DNA from: an uncultured Gemmatimonadales bacterium
GTDB lineage: Bacteria > Gemmatimonadota > Gemmatimonadetes > Gemmatimonadales > GWC2-71-9
NCBI GenBank assembly: GCA_963739455.1
Contig: CAVUAK010000001.1
Span: forward strand, 2,464,001-2,528,000
Reading direction: 5' to 3'
Length of the DNA stretch: 64,000 nt
In this document: piece after piece, positions 21,419 through 32,535 of the stretch
Layout: each line of letters opens with the position of its first letter
Numbering within the stretch: position 1 is the stretch's first letter
Program-made: the position numbers and the translations under genes
The notes under the pieces: generated by a model
Told to the model about the DNA's origin: nothing
Databases searched by the model: none
What the model saw: the letters and a program-made list of their open reading frames with translations, nothing else

Positions 21419-24177
21419 GTGGTCAAGAGTCGAGTACACGATCTCGCCGCTGAGTTCGGCGTCTCATCCGAGCAGTTGCTCGCGATGCTCAAGGACATGA
21501 ACATCTTCGTGCGCAGCCACATGTCCGCGCTCGAGGGTGATCAGGTCTCCGCGGTGCGCGTCCGCTGGGAACGTGAGAAGCGGAAGCAGCACGAAGAGGA
21601 GAAGCCGAAGAAGACGCGCAAGAAGGTGAAGGCCGCCACCGAGGCACCCGCGGTGGTGCCTGCGCCCGTTGCCGATGCCGGCAAGCCGTCCAAGCGACGC
21701 CGCACCGCCGCCGAAGTTGCGGTGGTCGAGGCCGCGCACCAGGCCGAGCGCGAAGAGGAAGAGAAGCGTGTCGCCATGTTCGAGCTCGAGCGCGCAGCCG
21801 CCGAGCCCGAGCCGGTGGTCACGTCGCTCTCGCTCGAGGAGCGCGCTCGCCAGCTCTTCAAGGATCTTCCCCCGGCCGAGCCCGACACCGAGGAAGAGGC
21901 TGCTGCGCCGACACCTGCGCCGCTGTTCCGTCCCTCGGTTCCGCCGACGCCCGTCGCCACCACCGACAGCGCCGCACCGCCGGCGCGTCAGCCGTTCATT
22001 CCACCGCGCGTGCAGCGCCCGGCGCCATCACAGCAGTCCAATGATCGCGGCCCGTCGCGCACCCCCGGCGATCGCCCGCGTGGCCCGAAGCCCGTCTTCA
22101 GCAGCAGCTTCACCTCCGAGCGTCCCGCGCCGAGTCGCGGTGGCAGCGGTGGTCCGCCGGCGGCAACGCCGAGCACCACCGATTCGAGTCAGGGTGGCGC
22201 TGGTGGACGCCCCGGCAAGAAGGGGAAGAAGGGTCGTCGCTCCCAGGTCGATCGTGACGCGGTGCAGGCGAACATCGAGAAGACCCTCCAGGGCCTGAAG
22301 GGCAGCGCCGGCAAGAAGGTCCGCCGCGCCGATGGCCCGAGCTATCAGCAGCTCCGCGCCGGCGAAATGGCCGAGGAGAAGGAGCGCGAGAAGACCATCG
22401 TTCGCGTCAACGAGTTCATCTCGGTGAGCGAGCTCGCGGGACTCATGAAGATCCCCGCCACCCAGATCGTCCAGTTCGCCTTCAAGGAACTGGGCCTCAT
22501 GGTGACGGTGAACCAGCGCCTCGACTTCGACCAGATCGAGCTCATTGCATCCGAGTTCGGCTTCCTGGCCGTGAAGGAAGACGCATACGCTGCCGAGGCC
22601 GGCATCGTCGAGGAAGAGGACAAGGTCGAGGATCGCGTGCCGCGTCCGCCCGTCGTCACCATCATGGGCCACGTCGACCACGGCAAGACCTCGCTGCTCG
22701 ACTACGTCCGCAAGGCCAACGTCGTGGCCGGTGAGGCCGGCGGCATCACCCAGCACATCGGCGCGTATCACGTCGATCTGCCCGATGGCCGCTCCATCAC
22801 CTTCCTCGACACGCCGGGTCACCAGGCCTTTACCGCCATGCGTGCCCGCGGTGCCCAGGTCACCGACATCGTCATCCTCGTGGTGGCGGCCGACGACCAG
22901 GTCATGCCCCAGACCATCGAGGCGATCAGCCACGCCCGGAACGCCGGCGTGCCGATCATCGTGGCCATCAACAAGATCGACCTGCCCGTCGGCGAACGTC
23001 GCCAAGGTGAAGCAGGACCTCCTGCAGCACAACGTCGTGCTCGAGGAGTTCGGCGGCAACACGCTCTCCGCCGAGATCTCGGCGAAGAAGGGCACCGGCG
23101 TCGACCACCTGCTCGAGCAGATCCTCCTGCAGGCGGAAATCCTCGACCTCAAGGCCAACGCCACGGCCAAGGCTCACGGCACCGTGCTCGAGGCCACGCT
23201 CGACCCGGGCAAGGGTCCCCTCGCCACGATCCTGGTGCAGAAGGGCATCGTGCATGTCGGCGACAACTTCATCTGCGGCAAGTTCTCCGGCCGCGTGCGC
23301 GCGCTCTTCGATGAGCGCGGGCGACAGGTGAAGGAAGTGGGTCCGTCCTATCCGGTGCAGATCCTCGGCTTCGAGGGCGTGCCCTCTGCCGGCGATTCGT
23401 TCGGTGTCGTGGCTGATGCCGTCGAGGCGCGTGACATCGCGCAGCGCCGCCAGCGCCTCGAGCGCGAGGCCCAGAGCCGTCGTACGCAGAAGGCCTCGAG
23501 CCTCGAGGACTTCAGCCGGCAGCTCAAGGAAGGCGCCGTCACCCAGCTCCGCATCATCATCAAGGCCGACCAGGGCGGCCCGGCGGAAGCACTCGCCGAC
23601 GCACTGGCCCAGCTCAGCACCAGCGAAGTCCGCGTCGAAGTCATTCACCGCGGTGTCGGTGCCATCACCGAGAGCGACGTCCTGCTCGCCAAGGCGTCGG
23701 GCGCCATCATTCTCGGCTTCCATGTCCGGCCCGACTCGAACGCCCGTACGGCCGCCGAGCGGGAGTCGGTGGACGTGCGCACCTACCGCATCATCTACGA
23801 AGCGGTGGAAGACGTGCGCAACGCCCTCGAGGGACTGCTCAAGCCCGAGGAGAAGGAAACCGTGCTCGGCGAGGCCGAGGTGCTCGACCTGTTCAAGGTC
23901 AGCAAGATCGGCACGGTCGCCGGTTGCATGGTCAAGAGCGGCCTCATCCAGCGCGGCAAGGTTCGCGTCATTCGCGATGGCGTCGTGGTCTACAGCGGCG
24001 TAGCTGGCGAGCCTCAAGCGCTTCAAGGACGACGTCAAGGAAGTGCGCGAGGGTCTCGAGTGCGGCTTGTCCATCGAGAACTTCAACGACCTCAAGGTCG
24101 GCGATCGTATCGAGGCGTACCGCATGGAAGAGGTGAAGCGCACGCTGCAGGCGTCGGCGGCGGCGGGGGCGAGTTGA
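21419..24177 (+). CDS. infB: Translation initiation factor IF-2 (frameshifts near 22990 and 24001)
   Basis: [17 protein letters not shown], and C-terminal [19 protein letters not shown] across three frames. Confidence 0.95.
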
Positions 24178-24261
24178 GGGTTGAGGGTTGAGAGTTAAGG
24201 GCTCCGAACCGCGAACCCCGAACCCTGAACCCTGAACCCTGAACCCTGAACCCTGAACCCC
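24171..24261. repeat. Opposed heptamer arrays (GTTGAGG)n / (GAACCCT)n
   Basis: gagttgagggttgagggttgagagttaaggg followed by about seven GAACCCT-type units ending at the DUF503 start. Confidence 0.9.
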
Positions 24262-24262
24262 T

Positions 24263-24541
24263 GTGCACCTGGCCGTCACCACCTGGGACCTCCACTTGGA
24301 GGGATGCCTCTCGCTGAAGGACAAGCGGAGCGTCATCAAGCCCCTGGTAACGGCCCTGCGCCGGGTCAATCTCTCGGTCGCGGAGATCGACCACCAGGAT
24401 CTCTGGCAGCGCGCCGGGCTGGCCTGTGCGGCAGTGGGAAGTGATCGGTCGGTCGTCGAGGGCGAGTTGCGCGCCGCCGATCGCATCATCGAGGAAACGG
24501 ACGGGGTGCGGGTGATTGATTCGGTGACGGTATGGCGTTGA
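24263..24541 (+). CDS. DUF503 (YlxP) family protein
   Basis: SLKDKRSVIK, NLSVAEIDHQDLWQRA; lies between infB and rbfA. Confidence 0.9.
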   Translation: MHLAVTTWDLHLEGCLSLKDKRSVIKPLVTALRRVNLSVAEIDHQDLWQRAGLACAAVGSDRSVVEGELRAADRIIEETDGVRVIDSVTVWR

Positions 24542-24549
24542 AGAGGCGA

Positions 24550-24647
24550 GCAGTCGTCAGTCGACAGTCGTCAGAAAGTCGTCAGCCGCTCCCTGCAGCT
24601 GCCGACTGTCGACTCCCTGCCGACTGCCGACTGCCGACTGCCGACTC
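24550..24647 (+). repeat. Palindromic heptamer-armed element, copy 1
   Basis: (CAGTCGN)n - core cagccgctccctgcagctg - (CTGNCGA)n. Confidence 0.85.
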
Positions 24648-24658
24648 GGCGACAGAGC

Positions 24659-25030
24659 ATGAAGTCCTCGCGTCGACCCGAGCAGGTCGGCGAAACCATT
24701 CGCCAGGTGGTCACCGACGCCTTGCTGCGCGAGGTGCGCGACCCGCGGGTCGGGTTCGTGACGGTGACGCACGTGCAGGTCACCAACGAGCTGTCGCACG
24801 CGAAGGTCATGGTGGCAGTGCCTGGCAGCGAGGAAGAGAAGCAGCGCGCACTCGAGGGACTGAAGAGCGCCGCCGGCTTCTTCCGCAGCAAGCTCGCGAA
24901 GGCGCTCACCACCCGCGTGGTGCCCGAGCTCCACTTCGAGCTCGATCGCGGGCTGGAGCATGCGGCGCGCATCAACGAGCTGCTCGAGCAGGTGCGCCGC
25001 GACACACCGCCCGCGGAGGAGCCGAGCTGA
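24659..25030 (+). CDS. rbfA: Ribosome-binding factor A
   Basis: VRDPRVGFVTVTHV, LKSAAGFFR, VPELHF. Confidence 0.95.
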   Translation: MKSSRRPEQVGETIRQVVTDALLREVRDPRVGFVTVTHVQVTNELSHAKVMVAVPGSEEEKQRALEGLKSAAGFFRSKLAKALTTRVVPELHFELDRGLEHAARINELLEQVRRDTPPAEEPS

Positions 25031-25931
25031 TCGGCGCGCTGCTGGTGGACAAGCCGGCCGGCGTCACCTCGCACGATGTCGTGGCGCGCCTCCGGCGGGT
25101 CCTGGACACGAGGGCGGTGGGGCACACCGGCACGCTGGATCCGTTCGCGACCGGGTTGCTCGTGGCCCTCGTCGGTCGGGCGACGCGATTGGCCCGCTTC
25201 GTCGAGGGGCAGGCCAAGACGTACCGCGCCACGCTGCGTCTCGGTGTGCAGACCGACACCGACGACCTGACCGGCGCACCGGTGGGCGGCACGGTGCCGG
25301 CGCAGTGGCCCACTGAGTCGGAGGTGCGCTCGGCGCTGGCAGGCATGAAGGGCACGCAGCTGCAGCGGCCGTCCACCTTTTCGGCGAAGCACGTGGACGG
25401 CCAGCGCAGTCATCGCCTGGCACGACGCGGCGGTCGAGGTCACGCTGGAACCGGTCGAGGTCACGGTCCACGCGATGGAGCTGCTCGCGTGGAACGCACC
25501 CGACGCCGAGTTCCGCGTCACCGTGAGCGCCGGCACCTACGTAAGGGCCCTGGCGCGCGACGTTGGTGAGAAGCTGGGCCTGGGTGCGCACCTCGTGGCG
25601 CTGCGGCGCGAAACGATCGGCACGCTGTCGGTGAGCGATGCGCTCCCGCTCGATGCCATCGATGCGGCAGCGGTGCAAGCCGCCACTCGCCGTACTGGGC
25701 CACATGCCGCGAGTGGAACTGGACGACGCAGCCCGCGCCCACGTGGCGCACGGCCGCGCAATCCCAGGGCGCGAGGGCGGGGAGGGCGGGGACGGTTTTC
25801 GGCGCTGGTGCAGGGCGGGGAGTTGGTCGCGGTCGCGGAAGCGGTGGGCGACGAGGTTGCAGCCAGTTGTGGTGCTGGACAGACTCCCGACCCCCAGACC
25901 CTCAACGCCTAACCCTGAACCGCATGGGTGA
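25027..25931 (+). CDS. truB: tRNA pseudouridine(55) synthase (several frameshifts; ends approximate)
   Basis: VDKPAGVTSHDVV, GHTGTLDPFATG, SAGTYVRALARD, LQPVVV in successive frames. Confidence 0.9.
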
Positions 25932-26841
25932 CTTCGCCCTGGGCCCCAACGGCTCCACCGTCACCGTCGGCACCTTCGACGGGGTGCACCGCGCCCATCA
26001 CGCCGTGCTCGGCGAGACGGCGCGACGCGCCGAGGCCGCAGGACGCGCCTGTGTCGTCGTCACCTTCGATCCGCATCCGGTCGAGGTGGTCCGGCCCGAT
26101 CGGGCGCCCCTCCGGCTCACCACCGAGGTGGAGCGCCGGGCGGTCATGGCGGCCTGCGGTGTGGGCCACGCGCTGGTGCTCAAGTTCGACGCGGCGCTGG
26201 CGGCACTGCCGCCCGAGCAGTTCGTCCGCGACATCCTGGTGGCGCGGTGCGGCATGCGGGAACTGGTCATCGGTCATGACCACGGATTCGGTCGCGGCCG
26301 GAGCGGCGATGCCGACACCCTGCGCCGCATCGGACAGGCCGATGGCTTCGAGGTCGCGGTGGTGCCGCAGGTGGAAGTCGATGGCGTGCGCGTCTCCAGC
26401 AGCGCCATCCGCCAGTGCCTGGTGGCAGGAGACCTGGCCGGCGCCGCCAGCATGCTGGGCCGTCGCTACGACGTCATGGCGCAGGTCGGTGAGGGAGCGG
26501 GACGCGGCCGGAAGCTTGGCATTCCGACCATCAACCTCGCGGGAGTCTCGGCCCGGAAGCAGCTCCCGCCCGATGGCGTCTATGCCGTGCGCGTCGAGTG
26601 GCGCGGCGGACAGGCCGGCGGGATGATGAACCAGGGGCCACGCCCCACCTTTGGCGAGCACGACCGTACGCTCGAAGCGCACCTCTTCGGCGTCGATGCA
26701 GACTTGTACGGCGAGTGGGTACGACTGGAGTGGGTGGCGCAACTGCGCGAGGTGCGCCAGTTCGCTTCCCCCGCAGAGCTCACTCGCCAACTCGAACGGG
26801 ATCACGCCGCGGCGCTCGCGGCGCTGGGAAATCCCGCCTGA
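25924..26841 (+). CDS. ribF: Bifunctional riboflavin kinase/FAD synthetase
   Basis: GTFDGVHRAH, VSSSAIR, GRKLGIPTIN, GVYAV, LEAHLF. Confidence 0.95.
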   Translation: MGDFALGPNGSTVTVGTFDGVHRAHHAVLGETARRAEAAGRACVVVTFDPHPVEVVRPDRAPLRLTTEVERRAVMAACGVGHALVLKFDAALAALPPEQFVRDILVARCGMRELVIGHDHGFGRGRSGDADTLRRIGQADGFEVAVVPQVEVDGVRVSSSAIRQCLVAGDLAGAASMLGRRYDVMAQVGEGAGRGRKLGIPTINLAGVSARKQLPPDGVYAVRVEWRGGQAGGMMNQGPRPTFGEHDRTLEAHLFGVDADLYGEWVRLEWVAQLREVRQFASPAELTRQLERDHAAALAALGNPA

Positions 26842-26887
26842 TTCACCAGACGCGTGCCCCACGCACGCCCAGCTGCCTGAGTGGACG

Positions 26888-28483
26888 ATGTTCCTGACTC
26901 TTCGAAATCGACTCATCCTTGTCGGCGTCCTCATGGTCGCCGCCATCCTTGCCCTCATTCCCCGGAAGCAGACGGTGCGCGAGCTCGGCGCGGATGGGGT
27001 CATGCACGACGCCTCCGTCCTCCGCCAGCCGATCAAGTACGGTCTCGACCTCCAGGGCGGCATGCACCTCGCCCTCGAGCTCGACCAGTCGAAGCAGGTC
27101 TCGGCCGATCCGAAGAAGGACATCGACCTGGCCCTCACCGTGCTCCGGAAGCGCATCGACGAGTTCGGCGTCACCGAGCCGGTCATCCAGAAGGTCGGCG
27201 ATGACCGCATCGTGGTCGAGCTCGCCGGCGTCGCCGATCCCGAGCGCGCCCGGGCCATCGTCCAGAAGAGCGCCTTCCTCGAGTTCCGCATCACCGACAA
27301 GACCGGCGCCCTCGATCGCGCGCTCCCGGCCATGGACCGCCAGCTCCGCGCGATGGGCGTCTCCAGCGCCGGCGCGGCCCAGGCCGGCCCTTCCGCCGTG
27401 TCGCAGCTCCTGGGCGGCGACTCCGCCAAGAAGGGCGCTGACAGCACCACCGGCGCCGCGATCCTCGCCGGCCTCATCCGGCCGTCGCAGGCCACGCCCG
27501 GCGAGTACCTCGTCGCCGAGACCGCGTTCCCCCGCGTCGACAGCCTGCTCAACCTGCCGGAGGTGAAGCGCCTCCTGCCGCGCGGCGTCGAGATCAAGTG
27601 GTCGGCCAGCAAGGAAAGCATCGGCGGCGATTTCGTCCGCGCCTTCTACGTGGTGGATGACCAGTCGCTCGTCACCGGCGCCAACCTCGTCGACGCGCGC
27701 GCCGAGCTCGATCCGCTCACCAACGGGCCGCAGGTCACCTTCGAGCTCGATCGTGCCGGCGGCCGCAAGTTCGGCGAGGGCACCGGCCGTCACGTCGGTG
27801 ACTTCATGGCCATCGTCCTCGACGGTCGCGTGCAGGGTCGCCCCCCGGTCATCCAGAGCCGCATCGAGCGCAACGGCCGCATCACCCTGGGCGGCAAGAC
27901 GCTGCAGGAAGCCCAGGACCTGGCCCTCACGCTCAAGGCCGGTGCACTCCCGGTTCCGCTCGCAATCGTCGAGTCGGGCGAGGTGGGCGCCAGCCTGGGC
28001 GCAGACTCGATCAAGGGCGGCCTGATCGCCGGCCTCATCGGGACGCTGCTCGTCATCCTGATCATGGTGGGCTACTACGCGCTGAGCGGCGTCCTCGCCG
28101 TGCTGGCGCTCGGGTTCTACCTGCTCTACACCATGGGCGCGCTGGCCATGCTCGACGCCACGCTCACCCTGCCGGGCCTCGCCGGCATCGTGCTCTCCAT
28201 CGGCATCGCCGTGGACGCGAACGTGCTGATCTTCGAGCGCATTCGCGAGGAGCTGCGCCACGGCAAGACGGTGCGCCTCGCCATCGACGAGGGCTTCAAG
28301 CACGCGCTGCCCGCCATCACCGACTCGAGCCTGGCGACGGTCATCACCGCCTTCCTGCTCTTCCAGTTCGGCACCGGCCCGGTGAAGGGCTTCGCCGTCA
28401 CCCTGATCGTCGGCATCCTGGCGTCGCTGTTCACGGCGGTGTTCGTCACCCGCACCTTCTACATGACTCTGGCTGCAGCGTAA
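26888..28483 (+). CDS. secD: Protein translocase SecD (probably the N-terminal half of a fused SecDF)
   Basis: GLDLQGG, RIDEFGVTEP, AVDANVLIFERIREE, GPVKGFA. Confidence 0.93.
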   Translation: MFLTLRNRLILVGVLMVAAILALIPRKQTVRELGADGVMHDASVLRQPIKYGLDLQGGMHLALELDQSKQVSADPKKDIDLALTVLRKRIDEFGVTEPVIQKVGDDRIVVELAGVADPERARAIVQKSAFLEFRITDKTGALDRALPAMDRQLRAMGVSSAGAAQAGPSAVSQLLGGDSAKKGADSTTGAAILAGLIRPSQATPGEYLVAETAFPRVDSLLNLPEVKRLLPRGVEIKWSASKESIGGDFVRAFYVVDDQSLVTGANLVDARAELDPLTNGPQVTFELDRAGGRKFGEGTGRHVGDFMAIVLDGRVQGRPPVIQSRIERNGRITLGGKTLQEAQDLALTLKAGALPVPLAIVESGEVGASLGADSIKGGLIAGLIGTLLVILIMVGYYALSGVLAVLALGFYLLYTMGALAMLDATLTLPGLAGIVLSIGIAVDANVLIFERIREELRHGKTVRLAIDEGFKHALPAITDSSLATVITAFLLFQFGTGPVKGFAVTLIVGILASLFTAVFVTRTFYMTLAAA

Positions 28484-28490
28484 TCCGGGG

Positions 28491-29486
28491 ATGGATACGC
28501 TGAGCATCGGCAAGGCGACGTTCTTCGCCAACGCGAACTACGACTTCATCGCCATGCGGAAGTGGGCCTACGGCGTCACCGCCGCGGTGCTCATTCCCGG
28601 CCTGCTCTTCCTCGCGGTGAAGGGCTTCGACTACAGCATCGAGTTCACCGGCGGCACCATGGTCCAGATCGCCACCGCGCCCACCACCGAGGCCGGCACC
28701 CTTCGCACCGCGCTCGACGGCGCCGGCATCAAGGGCGCCGAGATCCAGCAGCTCGGCGCGCCGGGCAACTTCGTCATCCGCGCCCGCGTCGGTGAGGGGC
28801 AGGGCAGCACCGAGGCGACCGCCGAGGCGGTGAAGGGTGCGTTGAACAAGGCGCTGGGTGAGGGCAAGTACACCTTCGGTCGCGCTGCGGCCGTGAGCCC
28901 CAAGGTGGGTGGCGAGCTCCGCATGCAGGCCCTGCTCGCGGTGCTGACCTCGTTCATCTTCGTGCTGATCTACCTCGCCGTTCGCTTCGAGTGGCGCTTC
29001 GGTCTCGCCGCCATCATCGCGACCGCCCACGACATCCTGGCGACGCTCGCCTTCATCGCTGTCATGCGGCTCGAGGTGAGCCTTGTGGTGGTGGCGGCAC
29101 TGCTCACCATGGTCGGCTACTCGCTCAATGACACGATCATCATCTTCGACCGTGTCCGCGAGAACCTGAAGAAGTACCAGCGCTCCGGCTTCGTGGAGAT
29201 CCTGAACCGGAGCATCAACGAGACGCTGCCGCGGAGCGTGCTGACCCACCTCACCACCCTGGCGACGCTGCTGGCGCTTGCCATCTTCGGTGGAGAGGTG
29301 ATCCGCCCGTTCTCGCTGGTCATGTTCTTCGGCGTGTTCACCGGTACGTTCTCGTCGGTGTTCATTGCGGCTCCGGTGCTCCTCTGGATCGAGCACAAGT
29401 GGCCCGGCCCCGCGGCTCGCGGTACGAAGGTGTCGGCCGGCGGCCCGGTGCCGCAGGTGGCACCCCGCGCCAAGGCGACGGTCTAG
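28491..29486 (+). CDS. secF: Protein translocase SecF (probably the C-terminal half of a fused SecDF)
   Basis: IEFTGG, HDI, GYSLNDTIIIFDRVREN, GTFSSVFIA. Confidence 0.93.
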   Translation: MDTLSIGKATFFANANYDFIAMRKWAYGVTAAVLIPGLLFLAVKGFDYSIEFTGGTMVQIATAPTTEAGTLRTALDGAGIKGAEIQQLGAPGNFVIRARVGEGQGSTEATAEAVKGALNKALGEGKYTFGRAAAVSPKVGGELRMQALLAVLTSFIFVLIYLAVRFEWRFGLAAIIATAHDILATLAFIAVMRLEVSLVVVAALLTMVGYSLNDTIIIFDRVRENLKKYQRSGFVEILNRSINETLPRSVLTHLTTLATLLALAIFGGEVIRPFSLVMFFGVFTGTFSSVFIAAPVLLWIEHKWPGPAARGTKVSAGGPVPQVAPRAKATV

Positions 29487-29490
29487 GAGG

Positions 29491-29591
29491 GTCGGCAGTC
29501 GACAGTCGACAGTCGTCAGAGAGTCGCCAGCCGCTCCGCGCAGCTGCCGACTGACGACTTCCTGTCGACTGCCGACTGACGACTGCCGACT
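29491..29591 (+). repeat. Palindromic heptamer-armed element, copy 2
   Basis: (CAGTCGN)n - core cagccgctccgcgcagctg - (CTGNCGA)n. Confidence 0.85.
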
Positions 29592-29592
29592 A

Positions 29593-30369
29593 GTGATTGA
29601 CACTCACTGTCACCTCGGCTCGGCCGATTACGACGCGGACAGGGCAGAGGTCCTCGCCCGGGCCTGGGAGGCGGGGGTAAAGCATATCGTCGTAATCGGC
29701 GAGTCGGCAGAGGCTGCCTCAAAGGCGCTCCGCCTCGCCGGCACCGATCCGCGACTCTCGGCCACTGCCGGGGTACACCCGCACGACGCGAAGGACTGGT
29801 CCTCCCAGTCGGCCGACTGGTTGGCCAGCGCCCTCGCTGATCCGCGGGTCGTGGCAGCAGGTGAGATGGGCCTCGACTATCACTACGACTATTCACCGCG
29901 TGACGCACAGCATGCCGCCTTCCGGGCGCAGCTGGCGATCGCCGCCGACGCCGCTCGGCCGGTCATCATTCACGCGCGCGAGGCTGACGACGACGTCGCC
30001 GCCGTTCTCCGGAGCGACGCCCGGACCCCGGTAGTGCTGCACTCCTTCTCGAGCGGCCCCGCACTCTTGCGGGCCGGCCTCGATCTGGGGCACTATCTGT
30101 CATTCAGCGGCATGGTCACGTTCCGCAACTGGGCTCTCGACGACGCCGTCCGCGCCGTGCCCCTGGAACGTCTCCTGATCGAGACCGATGGTCCGTACCT
30201 GGCGCCCATCCCGCATCGCGGCAAGCGCAATGAACCGGCCTTCGTGCGCCACACCGCGGAACGCATCGCGGCGGTCCGCGGTATCGACGCAGCGGAACTG
30301 ATCGAAGCTACGACTCGGAATGCTGAGGGACTTTTTGGTCTGCAGTCGTCAGTCGGCAGTCGTCAGTAA
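29593..30369 (+). CDS. tatD: TatD family deoxyribonuclease
   Basis: IDTHCHL, GVHPH, GEMGLDY, IHAREA, ETDGPYLAP. Confidence 0.93.
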   Translation: MIDTHCHLGSADYDADRAEVLARAWEAGVKHIVVIGESAEAASKALRLAGTDPRLSATAGVHPHDAKDWSSQSADWLASALADPRVVAAGEMGLDYHYDYSPRDAQHAAFRAQLAIAADAARPVIIHAREADDDVAAVLRSDARTPVVLHSFSSGPALLRAGLDLGHYLSFSGMVTFRNWALDDAVRAVPLERLLIETDGPYLAPIPHRGKRNEPAFVRHTAERIAAVRGIDAAELIEATTRNAEGLFGLQSSVGSRQ

Positions 30370-30437
30370 GTCGGCAGTCGACAGCTGCACGGAGCAGCTG
30401 ACCACTCACTGACGACTGTCGACTGCCGACTGACGAC
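30342..30437 (-). repeat. Palindromic heptamer-armed element, copy 3 (inverted)
   Basis: The reverse complement has core cagctgctccgtgcagctg and aligns with copy 2. It supplies the last tatD codons and the stop. Confidence 0.85.
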
Positions 30438-30461
30438 CACTTTCGACACCGGATCCCAAAC

Positions 30462-32140
30462 ATGCCCGTTCCTTCAGATATCGAAATCGCCCAGGCCGCG
30501 CAGAAGAAGATGCGCCCCATCGCCGACGTGGCCGCCGAAATCGGCCTCACCGCCGACGAGATCCTGCCTTACGGCAAGACCAAGGCGAAGATCACCCCCG
30601 AGGCCATCGCGAAGCGGAAGCCCACCGGCCGACTCGTCCTCGTCACCGGCATCAACCCGACCCCCGCCGGCGAGGGCAAGAGCACCGTCACCATCGGCGT
30701 CGCCCAGGCTCTGCGCCGCCTCGGCAAGAAGGTCGTCGTCTGCATTCGCGAGCCGTCCCTCGGGCCCGTGTTCGGCGTGAAGGGGGGCGCCGCCGGCGGC
30801 GGCTACGCCCAGGTCATCCCCATGGACGAGATCAACCTCCACTTCACCGGGGATTTCCACGCCATCACCTCGGCGCACAACCTCTTGTCCGCGATGCTCG
30901 ACAACCACATGCATCACGGCAACGCGCTCGGCATCGACCCGCGCCGTATCACCTGGCCCCGCACCATCGACATGAACGATCGCGCGCTGCGCTCCATGAT
31001 CGTGAGCCTCGGCGGCATCAACGCCGGCACCCGTGCGCGAGGAGCGCTTCGTCATCGTGCCCGGCAGCGAGATCATGGCGATCCTCTGCCTCTCCACCGA
31101 CCTGCAGGATCTCGAGGCCCGCATCAGTCGCATCGTCGTCGGCCTCACCCGCGACCGGAAGCCCGTCACCGCCGGCGAGCTCAAGGCCGCCGGCGCCATG
31201 ACGCTCCTTCTCAAGGACGCGATACTCCCCAACCTCGTGCAGACCCTCGAGGGTGGCCCCGCACTCGTGCACGGCGGTCCCTTCGGCAACATCGCCCACG
31301 GCTGCAATTCCATCGTGGCGACGAAGCTCGGGCTCTCCCTCGGCGACATCGTGCTCACCGAGGCCGGCTTCGGCTGCCGACCTCGGCGCCGAGAAGTTCT
31401 TCGACATCAAGTGCCGCTTCGGCGGGCTCAACCCCGAGGCCGCCGTCATCGTCGCCACCGTGCGCGCGCTCAAGATGCATGGCGGCGTCAAGAAGGACGC
31501 GCTCGGCACACCCGATGTGGCATCGCTCAAGAAGGGCCTCGTCAACCTCGAGGCCCACGTCAAGAACATCCAGAAGTTTGGCGTCCCTGCTGTCGTGGCA
31601 CTCAACCGCTTCACCTCCGACACCGACGAGGAGCTGCAGACGGTGCTCGATGCCGTGAAGTCCTGGGGTGCGCGTGGTGCCTTGAGCGAGGTCTGGGCGA
31701 AGGGTGGCGAGGGCGGGGAAGCGGTGGGCCGGGAAGTGCTCGCCATCCTCGATGAGAAGAAGGGCGCGTTCAAGCCGTTGTACGACGTGAACCAGCCCAT
31801 CAAGGCCAAGATCGAGGCCATCGCGAAGGGCATTTACGGTGCGGACGGCGTGGACTACTCACCCGCCGCCAGCAAGGCCATCGAGCAGATCGAGGGGATG
31901 GGCTTCGGCAACACTCCGGTCTGCATGGCCAAGACCCAGTATTCGTTCAGTGACGACGCCACCAAGCTCGGGCGACCCTCGGGCTTCCGCATCACCGTCC
32001 GCGATGCGTATGTATCAGCGGGTGCCGGATTCGTCGTGGCACTCGCCGGAGACATCATGACCATGCCAGGTCTGTCCAAGACGCCGTCTGCGGAGAACAT
32101 TCGCGTTCTCCCCGATGGCACTATCGAGGGATTGTTCTAA
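30462..32140 (+). CDS. fhs: Formate--tetrahydrofolate ligase (frameshifts near 31030 and 31375)
   Basis: [48 protein letters not shown]. Confidence 0.95.
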
Positions 32141-32523
32141 TGCCGAGTCCAGTTCATACCGATGATGCGCCGGCGGCGATCGGGCCGTACAGCCAGGCCG
32201 TCGTCTCCGGTGGGTTCGTCTTTACCGCCGGCCAGATCGCGCTCGACCCATCCACCATGCAGATCGTGCCCGGCGGAGTCGCCGAGCAGACCGACCGTGT
32301 CATGCACAACCTCGCCGCCGTGCTCGAGGCCGCCGGCTCCGAGTTGTCGCGCGTGGTGAAGACCACCGTCTTCCTCATCGACATGGCCGACTTCGCCGCC
32401 ATGAACGAGGTCTACGGTCGCCACTTCGGTGAGCATCGCCCGGCGCGTTCCACCGTCGCCGTCAGCGGCCTGCCGCGAAATGTCCGCGTCGAAATCGAGG
32501 TCGTTGCACGTATCGGGGAATAG
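32140..32523 (+). CDS. ridA: RidA/YjgF family enamine deaminase
   Basis: APAAIGPYSQA, GQI, VVKTTVFL, PARS, VEIE. Confidence 0.92.
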   Translation: MPSPVHTDDAPAAIGPYSQAVVSGGFVFTAGQIALDPSTMQIVPGGVAEQTDRVMHNLAAVLEAAGSELSRVVKTTVFLIDMADFAAMNEVYGRHFGEHRPARSTVAVSGLPRNVRVEIEVVARIGE

Positions 32524-32535
32524 CCAGGGGGAACC

